64,000 nt of DNA from a virus: positions 13,376 through 77,375 of the IMG/VR virus record IMGVR_UViG_3300042453_002958. One strand, 5' to 3'. The first letter of the stretch is position 1; each line of letters starts with the position of its first letter. The translations under genes and the position numbers were made by a program. Positions 56,991-64,000 of this stretch are shown in pieces. Under the pieces are notes generated by a model. It did no database searches. It worked only from the letters and a program-made list of their open reading frames with translations, and was not told the DNA's origin.

Positions 56991-57238
56991 TGCACGACTT
57001 CTCGCCGGTCACCGCCGTGCTGGTGTTCGCAACGTACGTCGTCATCGACGTGCTCTACGCGGCATACATCATCGCGGTCGGTGACCGGCGGGCGGTCCGT
57101 GCCGCGGCCCTTTCCGCGGTGATCTACTCGCTGCTCGCGTACGGGGTGGTGACGTTCTCGAAGAACATCGCGTACCTGGTGCCGCTGGCGGCGGGGGCGT
57201 TCGTGGGCACGTACGTGACGGTGCGGTGGCGGCGATGA
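56990..57238 (+). CDS. Small 3-TM membrane protein
   Basis: Hydrophobic helices, GAFVGT. Confidence 0.65.
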   Translation: MHDFSPVTAVLVFATYVVIDVLYAAYIIAVGDRRAVRAAALSAVIYSLLAYGVVTFSKNIAYLVPLAAGAFVGTYVTVRWRR

Positions 57239-57636
57239 GCGACGACATCGTGTGGAGGCTTCGCCGATGGGTGGACCGCGAGATCAGCGAAGATGATCCG
57301 GCCGGTGCCATTTCTGCGGCCATCGACGAGATAGTTGAGTTGCGTCACCGGCTCGCGGAGCTAGGGGCGATCGTGCGAACTTCGCGGACCAGAAAAGAGG
57401 CGACCGAGGCCGCCGACCGGCTCGCGCCGATGGACGTGCGTTCGCTGCTGCTGAATGGGTTTCATCAAGTCGATAAGGCGTGGAGGTCGCAGTCGCCGAG
57501 TCAGGTTTTGTCGCAAGAAAACTTGACGCTCTCCGACGCGGAGCGGGAGGCGATTGCGGTTGCAAGGCGGTGCCTGTTGCCATGCCACGAGGACTTCGAC
57601 GCCACACTACGCGCGTTGCTGGAACGGTTGGGCTGA
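57235..57636 (+). CDS. Hypothetical protein (possible second cassette ORF)
   Basis: DIV.RLR; TL.D.EREAI...TLR.LLERL; stop codon lies inside an attC R box. Confidence 0.55.
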   Translation: MSDDIVWRLRRWVDREISEDDPAGAISAAIDEIVELRHRLAELGAIVRTSRTRKEATEAADRLAPMDVRSLLLNGFHQVDKAWRSQSPSQVLSQENLTLSDAEREAIAVARRCLLPCHEDFDATLRALLERLG

Positions 57637-57682
57637 GAACGCCAGCGATCAGCGGCTCGTCCGCTGCATCGCGTGGTTATGC
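57634..57682 (-). other. attC integron-cassette recombination site
   Basis: Minus strand GCATAAC-CACGC-GATGCAGC-GGACGAGCC-GCTGATC-GCTGGC-GTTCTCA (R''-5-L''-centre-L'-6-R'; extra base at L'' position 4). Confidence 0.8.
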
Positions 57683-57939
57683 CGGATAGGAGTACAAAGG
57701 AGACAAGCATGAGCGATCCCAGCACTGATGTGATCCGCCGAGTGTTTGACGAAAGCGGCAAGCATTTCGTTGAGGTCGGCCCGTTTCCCGATGACCCTGG
57801 ATGCGTGGAGTTGCGCACAGTGCCGGGCGAGGGGAGCGACGAGTGGTACGGCAAGTTGAGCCTGTCCATGACGCCGAGACTGGCCCGCGAACTGGGGCGA
57901 GCCCTGATTGACGCAGCGAGCGACTGCGAGAAGGCATAA
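57640..57939 (-). mobile_element. Integron-type gene cassette (300 bp)
   Basis: Starts G/TTATGC at the attI junction and carries the complementary GCATAAC R'' in its attC. Confidence 0.7.
57709..57939 (+). CDS. Cassette-encoded hypothetical protein (76 aa)
   Basis: AAGGAG RBS; TAA inside the R box. Confidence 0.7.
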   Translation: MSDPSTDVIRRVFDESGKHFVEVGPFPDDPGCVELRTVPGEGSDEWYGKLSLSMTPRLARELGRALIDAASDCEKA

Positions 57940-58052
57940 CCAGTGTTTCTGCGGTTCTCGATAGCAGCCCCCTTGCCGCATATCACCCCGCCGATTCCGC
58001 GCCGCACGGCCGCGTGACGCTCGCCGCCGCCGCTATCAGTGCCGCATAGCAC
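57934..58052 (-). other. attI-like site (copy Y)
   Basis: GTG(A/C)TATGCGGC direct repeats, GAACCGCAGAAACACTG-GTTATGC; homologous to 4203-4322. Confidence 0.65.
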
Positions 58053-58150
58053 ACCCGTCGCCCCCGGCGACACGACGCGATTTCATGTCGCCGATCGGGT
58101 CGAAGGGCGACAGGTCGGCAGGGGTAAAATGGCGGTAAGGAGACCCCGCC

Positions 58151-58258
58151 ATGCCAGCGTATCTCGACGAGCAGTTCTTCGACGAGCTGGACGACGAGAT
58201 CAACGCGGCGGATCAAGTCATCTGGATCGAGTGGCTCGACGGGCCGATCGGTACGTGA
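58151..58258 (+). CDS. Small acidic peptide (35 aa)
   Basis: AAGGAG RBS; 10 D/E and no K/R. Confidence 0.5.
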   Translation: MPAYLDEQFFDELDDEINAADQVIWIEWLDGPIGT

Positions 58259-58309
58259 ACACTGGTACACTGTTGGTAGGGACGCGAATCCCGCGCCCCT
58301 CACCGGAGT

Positions 58310-58525
58310 GTGGCAGTGGCGACGACCGACGAAGTGCTCGACGCAGTTGCGGCGAATCTCGCCCAGCCGAAGCGCGCCCGCACCGACGCCGGTGAGGTCG
58401 AGCAGCACGACCTCGACAAGCAGGTCGCCGCGGCCCGGTTCGTGATCGACGCCCAGGCCCGCACGGTCTCGCCGTTTCGCTCGCTGCGGTTCGCGCAGAT
58501 CGAATCCCCGGGGGCCAACGGCTGA
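58310..58525 (+). CDS. Head-tail joining protein (gpW-like)
   Basis: Homologous to 16834-17034. Confidence 0.65.
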   Translation: MAVATTDEVLDAVAANLAQPKRARTDAGEVEQHDLDKQVAAARFVIDAQARTVSPFRSLRFAQIESPGANG

Positions 58526-60294
58526 TGGGGATTCTCTCCGGACTGCTCGGGCCATCCCGGGCCACGATGCAGAGCACGATCGCGACCCAGCAGGCCGCGA
58601 TCGCGACGCTCGTGCGTGCGAAGTACGACGCCGCACAGACCACCGACCTGAACCGCCGGCACTGGGCGCTCGCCGACTACTACTCCGCCGACGCCGCCCT
58701 CTCCCCGGCCGTCCGGCAGCGGATGCGTGCTCGTGCCCGGTACGAGCTGGCCAACAACTCCTACGCCGCTGGCATGGCGTCCACCTGGTCGCACGACCTG
58801 GTCGGCACCGGCCCCCGGCTCCACCTGGATCTCGGGCCGGACGCCGACTCGGAGCTGGTCCGCCGGATCGAGCTGGCGGTCTACGACTGGTCGGTGAACA
58901 TCGACCTGGCGAAGAAGCTCCGCGTGGCCAAGCACGCGCGGGTCGGCGACGGCGAAGTGTTCGGCGTGCAGGTGACCAACCGCTCGCTCCGGGGCGTGCA
59001 GGTGGACCTGCGGCTGATTGAGAGCGACCACTGCGTGTCGCCCACCGGCTTCCCCACCGAGACCGACGTGGACGGCGTCGAGTTCGACGACGACGGCAAC
59101 CCGGCCCGGTATTGGTTCACCCGCAACCACCCCGGCTCGCTCACGCCCGGCTGGACGCTCGACGGCCGGTGGCACGCCGCCGACAAGGTCCACCACTGGT
59201 TCCACGCGACCCGCCCGGGCCAGCACCGCGGTGTGCCGGAGATCGCCCCGGCTCTCGAACTGTTCGCCATGCTGCGGCGGTTCACGCTCGCGACCGTGAC
59301 CGCCGCGGAGACCGCGGCCGACTTCGCCGCGATTCTCAAGACGACCATGCCGGCCGACGGCGGCGGGGCCGCGTCGCTGGAGACGCTGGAGACCATGCCG
59401 ATCACCCGGGGGATGGCGATCGCCGCCCCGGACGGCTGGGAGCCGGTGCAGATGAAGGCCGAGCACCCGACGAGCAGCTACGACTCGTTCGTGCGTCGGC
59501 TCCTCAACGAGATCAGCCGCTGCATCGACATGCCCTACATCGTGGCCGCGATGGACTCGTCCACCGCGAACTACTCGTCGATGCGGGGCGACTACCTGGT
59601 CTACCGCAAGCGGATCTCGGTCGAACGCAACGACATGGAGCGGGTGTTCCTCGACCCGCTGCTCGTGGCGTGGCTGGAGGAGGCCGCCCTGGTGCCGGGT
59701 CTCATCCCCGACGGGCTGCCGCCGGTCGCCGAGTGGAACTGGACTTGGACGTGGGACGGGTTCGAGCACGTAGATCCACTGAAGGAGGCCGACGCCGAGG
59801 CGGCCATGCTCGCGGCCAACACGACGACCATCGCCGAGGTCTGCCAGAAGCGCAACAAGGACTGGCGGCAGGTGCTGCGGCAGAGGGCCGTGGAGAAGAC
59901 GCTGGAGCGTGAGTTGGGTATTTCGATGGGCGAACCCGTCGCGGCCGACGCCGGCGACACCGACATCGAAGCCGCCGACGGCTACCGGCCGCCGCAGGCC
60001 GCAAGGTCCGCGGCCCGGCGCGGCCTGGAGCTGCGATCGAAATACGGCCGCGGCGGCACTGCGGTGGGCATCGCCCGGGCTCGCGACATCGCGGGCGGCC
60101 GGTCGCTCCCGCTGGACACGATCGCCCGGATGGTTTCGTTCTTCGCCCGGCACGCGGCCTACAAGGACAACCACGGCGAGGATCCGCCCTCCAACGCCGA
60201 AATCTCGTGGCTCCTGTGGGGCGGCGACGCCGGCCGGGCGTGGGCCGAGCGCATCTGGACCCGCGAGAACGCCGACGAGGAGCAGACCGCATGA
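58525..60294 (+). CDS. Portal protein, lambda family, with extra C-terminal domain
   Basis: RARARYE..NNSYA, DGEVF, RPGQHRGVP, NYSS.R, HVDPLKE; about 110-aa extension. Confidence 0.92.
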   Translation: MGILSGLLGPSRATMQSTIATQQAAIATLVRAKYDAAQTTDLNRRHWALADYYSADAALSPAVRQRMRARARYELANNSYAAGMASTWSHDLVGTGPRLHLDLGPDADSELVRRIELAVYDWSVNIDLAKKLRVAKHARVGDGEVFGVQVTNRSLRGVQVDLRLIESDHCVSPTGFPTETDVDGVEFDDDGNPARYWFTRNHPGSLTPGWTLDGRWHAADKVHHWFHATRPGQHRGVPEIAPALELFAMLRRFTLATVTAAETAADFAAILKTTMPADGGGAASLETLETMPITRGMAIAAPDGWEPVQMKAEHPTSSYDSFVRRLLNEISRCIDMPYIVAAMDSSTANYSSMRGDYLVYRKRISVERNDMERVFLDPLLVAWLEEAALVPGLIPDGLPPVAEWNWTWTWDGFEHVDPLKEADAEAAMLAANTTTIAEVCQKRNKDWRQVLRQRAVEKTLERELGISMGEPVAADAGDTDIEAADGYRPPQAARSAARRGLELRSKYGRGGTAVGIARARDIAGGRSLPLDTIARMVSFFARHAAYKDNHGEDPPSNAEISWLLWGGDAGRAWAERIWTRENADEEQTA

Positions 60295-62123
60295 CGAACC
60301 GCATCACGCTGTCCACCGACCTGCGGATCGAGGCCGCCGAGGGCCGTGCCCCGACGTTCGAGCTGGTGGCTTACACCGGGGCTGCCATCCGGCAGACCTG
60401 GAGCCGGTCGCCGCTGGTCGTGGACCTGGCCGGCATGGACACCGCCAAGGCGTCGATCCCGATCCTGTGGTCGCACGAGCGGACGCTGGACGCCGTGATC
60501 GGCAGGAGCACCGAGATCGTCAACGACGGCCAGCAGCTCATCATCCGCGGCGAGCTGCTCACCCAGGGCGAAGTGCCGGAGAAGATCGCCCAGCTGGCCC
60601 GGGCCGGCATCCCGCTGCAGGCGTCGATCGGTGCCGACGCCGCCAACATCGAAAACGTCAACGCCGGTGGGTCCGTGACCGTGAACGGTCGCGACTTCAC
60701 CGGACCCGTGTCTGTCGTTCGTGCTTCCGATCTCCGGGAGACGAGCGTGGTTCTGTTTGGTGCGGACGCCAGAACGTCCGCGGCGATCGCCGCCGAGGCG
60801 AATGAGGTGCTTACCATGAGCGACCAGCTCAACGAGAAGCCCGTCGAGGCCGCCGTGCCGCAGACGGAAGCCCCGGCGATCGTCGCCGTGGAACAGAAGC
60901 AGATCGTCGAGGCCAAGGGCACCGACGGCTCCAGCGCGGTGACGGCCGAGTCGGTCGCGAACCTCGTCCTGGAGAAGCTCCGGGCCGAGCGGCTCGCGGA
61001 CGTTCGGGCCTCGCGCCCGGCCGCTCCGGCGGTCCACGTCCAGGCCGAGCGGGCCGACAGCCCGCAGGTGATCGAGGCTTCTCTGTGCCTCGCCGGCGGT
61101 CTCGCCAACGTCGAGAAGGTCTTCGACGCGAAGACGCTCGAACTGGCGGACAAGCGGCGGAGCCAGTCGAGTCTCGGGGAGGTGCTGGTCGAAGCGGCTC
61201 GGGCCAACGGTTACACGGGTGGCAACCGGATCAACGCCGGCAACATCCGTGAGATCCTCGCGGCCGGGTTCGCGACGCACAGCATCGCGAACGTGCTCGC
61301 GGCCACGTACGGCAAGTTTTTGCTCCAGGGGTACAACGCCGTCGAATCGACGTGGGACATGATCGCTTCGATCCGGTCCGTGAGCGACTACAAGGCTGTC
61401 ACCGGCGTGCGGCTCAACGGTGGGTTCGACTTCGAGGACGTCGGCCCGACCGGCGAGCTCAAGAGTGCGGACGCCAGCGACGAGACCCGGACGATCCGGG
61501 CGAAGCTGACCGGACGCATGTCGTCGATCTCGATGGTGGACATCGTGAACGACGATCTCGGGGCTCTCACCCAGGTTCCTGCTCGGCTCGGTCGCGGTGC
61601 CGCGATCAAGCTCAACAAGGACTTCTGGACCGAGTTCCAGGCCAACAACAGCACGTTCTACCGTGCGGAGTCGGCTGCGGCCGGCAACGCCCTCTCGATC
61701 TCCAGCCTGCGGACGGCCACCGCGTCGTACCGCAAGCTCACGGATCCCGACGGCAACCCGCTGGGCATCACCCCGGCGATGCTGCTCGTGCCGCCGGAGC
61801 TGGAGATCACCGCGGCCGAGCTGATGGGCGGTTCGCTGCTCATCACCGGCGAGTCCACGACCCGCACGAATGTCAACGTGCTGGCGGGTCGCTACCAGGT
61901 GGTCCCGTCGTCGTACCTGACGACCGGCACGACCTGGTGGCTGGTCGCCAACCCGGCCGAGCTGCCCTGCATGGAGGTCGCGTTCCTGAACGGCAACCGT
62001 CTCCCGACGGTGCAGCAGGCCGACGCGGACTTCAACCAGCTCGGCATCCAGGTCCGCGGCCACTTCTCCTACGGTGTGGCCAAGGCCGAAGCCCGCGGTG
62101 CCTACCGGATGGCCACGGCCTGA
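60291..62123 (+). CDS. Prohead protease-scaffold-major capsid fusion
   Basis: AYTG, QASIGA, IVNDDLGA, FLNG..P. Confidence 0.85.
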   Translation: MTNRITLSTDLRIEAAEGRAPTFELVAYTGAAIRQTWSRSPLVVDLAGMDTAKASIPILWSHERTLDAVIGRSTEIVNDGQQLIIRGELLTQGEVPEKIAQLARAGIPLQASIGADAANIENVNAGGSVTVNGRDFTGPVSVVRASDLRETSVVLFGADARTSAAIAAEANEVLTMSDQLNEKPVEAAVPQTEAPAIVAVEQKQIVEAKGTDGSSAVTAESVANLVLEKLRAERLADVRASRPAAPAVHVQAERADSPQVIEASLCLAGGLANVEKVFDAKTLELADKRRSQSSLGEVLVEAARANGYTGGNRINAGNIREILAAGFATHSIANVLAATYGKFLLQGYNAVESTWDMIASIRSVSDYKAVTGVRLNGGFDFEDVGPTGELKSADASDETRTIRAKLTGRMSSISMVDIVNDDLGALTQVPARLGRGAAIKLNKDFWTEFQANNSTFYRAESAAAGNALSISSLRTATASYRKLTDPDGNPLGITPAMLLVPPELEITAAELMGGSLLITGESTTRTNVNVLAGRYQVVPSSYLTTGTTWWLVANPAELPCMEVAFLNGNRLPTVQQADADFNQLGIQVRGHFSYGVAKAEARGAYRMATA

Positions 62124-62143
62124 CCAGTGACGTCGTAATCGTT

Positions 62144-62177
62144 CCCGGCGGGCAGGAGCCCAAGCCTGCCCGCCGGG
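62144..62177 (+). terminator. Strong hairpin after capsid gene (terminator or mRNA stabiliser)
   Basis: CCCGGCGGGCAGG/CCTGCCCGCCGGG 13-bp stem; weak U-tract. Confidence 0.45.
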
Positions 62178-62216
62178 GTTCCATCCACCATCATCAGTTC
62201 CGAAAGGGTTTTTCAG

Positions 62217-62543
62217 ATGGCTTCCTTCTACGCCGACGGCAACAAGCTGGACTACACGCCCACCACGGGCGTGGCGGCCGGCGAAATCGTCGTCCTCGGT
62301 TCTCTCGTGACCATGGCCGATCGTCCGATCGTCGCCAACGAGCTCGGTTCGGTTCACACCAACTGCGTCGTCACCGGCCCGGTGTTCGCCACCGGCGTGA
62401 CCGGTGCCCAGGGGGCGGCGATCAAGTGGTACGCCACCAGTGGCGTGTTCGACGCTTCGACCGGCACCAACGCCGGCTACCTGGCCCGCCCCCGACTGGC
62501 GACCGATCGCCAGGTGGCCGTGCTCCTCTGGCCGGGCTCGTGA
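62217..62543 (+). CDS. DUF2190 capsid cement protein
   Basis: G..LDYTP...VAAGE.VV.G. Confidence 0.75.
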   Translation: MASFYADGNKLDYTPTTGVAAGEIVVLGSLVTMADRPIVANELGSVHTNCVVTGPVFATGVTGAQGAAIKWYATSGVFDASTGTNAGYLARPRLATDRQVAVLLWPGS

Positions 62544-62619
62544 TCGACCCCACGCAAGGGGGCGGGTACGGCCACGCTACCGGCCGTGCCCGCCCCTCTT
62601 GGCACTCTGCTGGTGACAC

Positions 62620-63315
62620 ATGCAGGACATGATCGCCATCGGCGAGGCGTGGTTCGAGCAGCAACGCCGGCAGCACCTGGCCGTGGAGGTCGAGTACCGG
62701 CCGCTGGCTGGGCTGCCGCGGACCTGCAAGGCCACGGTGGTCACCGGCCGGTGGGAGTCGCTGGACGCGGCCGGCACGGTGCTCCGCATGGAGACCCGCG
62801 ACTTCTTCATCCACCGGGATGAGTTGCCGCAGGATCCGAAGAAGGGCGACGTGGTCGCGATCACGGAGTACGACGCCGAGACGACCTATGAGGTGATGAT
62901 CCCGCCCGGTGCCCAGCACCATTGGCGGTGGTCCGACCGCAACCAAGCGATCCGACGGATTCATACGATGGTCAAGCAGGGTGCCGCCGCCGTGATCGAC
63001 GAGTCGCTCCTGGTGCGTGCGATCGGCGTGTCCACGGCCGCCGCGATCACCGACGAGCAGATCGCGGCACAGCTGACGCTCGACCTGGGCACCAACCGCG
63101 TGCTCGCGAAGCAGCTCACGCCGGCCGCGGCCTACGTGTACGTCGTGCTGCCGGAGTCGTTCGGCACGCCGCTGGTCTCGGTCAACGGCTTCCGGACGAC
63201 GGCCCTGGAGCTGACGAGCCGGTCGATCACGTTCGCCGGCCAGTCGTCGCGGCCCTACCGCGTCTACCGCTCGACCTACCCGGTCACCGGCTCCGTGCTC
63301 GTGGAGGTGGCGTGA
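62620..63315 (+). CDS. Head-tail joining protein with C-terminal extension
   Basis: V.Y......AT.......RDF.I....L...P..GD.......YEV......RIHT. Confidence 0.6.
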   Translation: MQDMIAIGEAWFEQQRRQHLAVEVEYRPLAGLPRTCKATVVTGRWESLDAAGTVLRMETRDFFIHRDELPQDPKKGDVVAITEYDAETTYEVMIPPGAQHHWRWSDRNQAIRRIHTMVKQGAAAVIDESLLVRAIGVSTAAAITDEQIAAQLTLDLGTNRVLAKQLTPAAAYVYVVLPESFGTPLVSVNGFRTTALELTSRSITFAGQSSRPYRVYRSTYPVTGSVLVEVA

Positions 63316-64000
63316 TGGCCGAAATCAAGGGCACGAACGTCGTGGCCCCGGTGGTGCCGCTGGACACCGCCGACGTGCATCCCACGCACGCCGCGGCCTA
63401 CGGGCTGGGCGGCTATCGCACGGTCGCGAGCGACGCCGAGCGCGACGCGATCCCGGCTCCGCGTCGCGAGCAGGGGATGCTGGTGTTCGTCACCGCGACC
63501 GGCATGACGTGGCGGCTCGGGTCCGACCTGACGACGTGGACCGAAGGTGGCGGTGGTGGCGGGGCAACCGGCCCAACCGGCCCCGCTTCGACGGCGACAG
63601 GCCCGACAGGGCCGGCCGGGCCAGCCGGGACGACGACCTGGGCCGGGATCACGGACAAGCCGGCTCTGGCGGCGGCCGATCACAATCACGGCAGCATCAC
63701 GAGCGACGGCCGGATCGGCGACAACACGACCTCCGGGCGATTCGTGGTCACGACCGACCTGGGAGATCTGGCCGTAGCCACACCTTCGGGGGTGCGGACG
63801 ATGCTCGGCCTCGGCGGCGCGGCGACGCTCAACGTCGGCACCGCGGCCGGCACGGTGGCGGCCGGCGACGACTCGCGGCTCTCCGACGCGCGGACGCCGA
63901 CGGCCCACACCCACGCCAACCTCGGCACGGAGGATGCAAAGCAAGACTTCTACATCAACCTCGCCAACGGCCTGCCAAACATCGAAAACGGCGTGCCGAC
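63315..64000 (+). CDS. Fibre protein of phage Y (partial, runs off window)
   Basis: Short collagen-like run, then sequence converging on 21473-23383. Confidence 0.8.
   Translation, partial: MAEIKGTNVVAPVVPLDTADVHPTHAAAYGLGGYRTVASDAERDAIPAPRREQGMLVFVTATGMTWRLGSDLTTWTEGGGGGGATGPTGPASTATGPTGPAGPAGTTTWAGITDKPALAAADHNHGSITSDGRIGDNTTSGRFVVTTDLGDLAVATPSGVRTMLGLGGAATLNVGTAAGTVAAGDDSRLSDARTPTAHTHANLGTEDAKQDFYINLANGLPNIENGVP

Larger units (their letters stand above)
22047..63873. mobile_element. Temperate phage genome Y (probably complete, circularly permuted, 41,827 bp)
   Basis: One copy of every module, flanked by identical sequence 22047-22173 = 63874-64000. Confidence 0.75.

Noticed and set aside
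57375-57465. Second attC inside ORF 57235-57636
   Set aside because: Only a vague AAC...GTT frame; L boxes do not pair and there is no R'' complementary to GTTCTCA.
63611-64000. DGR template/variable repeat pair with 21781-22173
   Set aside because: Differences are not adenine-specific and no reverse transcriptase is present.
1-64000. Tandem prophages in a host chromosome
   Set aside because: No host genes or intact target tRNA; att cores are flanked by phage genes on both sides. Cannot be fully excluded without sequence outside the window.

Overview
The window is high-GC (about 65-70%) DNA made almost entirely of tailed-phage genes, with no host housekeeping genes, rRNA, full tRNA or CRISPR. 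It is best read as two related but clearly distinct temperate siphophage genomes; a Planctomycetota host is inferred from gene content. Phage X (about 1-22,050) runs phosphoesterase/dNMP kinase, integrase, RecT/YqaJ, DUF1376 initiator, terminase, portal, capsid, then the start of a fibre gene. Phage Y (about 22,047-63,873) is a 41,827-bp unit bounded by an identical fibre-gene segment. It carries a glycosylation module, tail, a papain-like protease/membrane cassette, a leftward promoter-cassette region, integrase, Sak4/SSB, an initiator, terminase, portal, capsid and fibre. The most striking signal is an integron-like platform with no IntI. Both phages carry a homologous ~120-bp attI-like element whose similarity stops exactly at a GTT. 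In phage Y it is followed by a 300-bp gene cassette with complementary R boxes (GTTATGC/GCATAAC) and a canonical 49-bp attC, with the ORF inverted so that phage transcription reads it. Other candidates are repeated sigma70 promoter/operator cassettes with HTH_17 regulators, a non-canonical lysis cassette, a virion glycosylation module, tRNA/tmRNA-3'-end attP cores and a microsatellite/palindrome-rich non-coding region. All family assignments come from motif recognition by eye and were not checked by database search.
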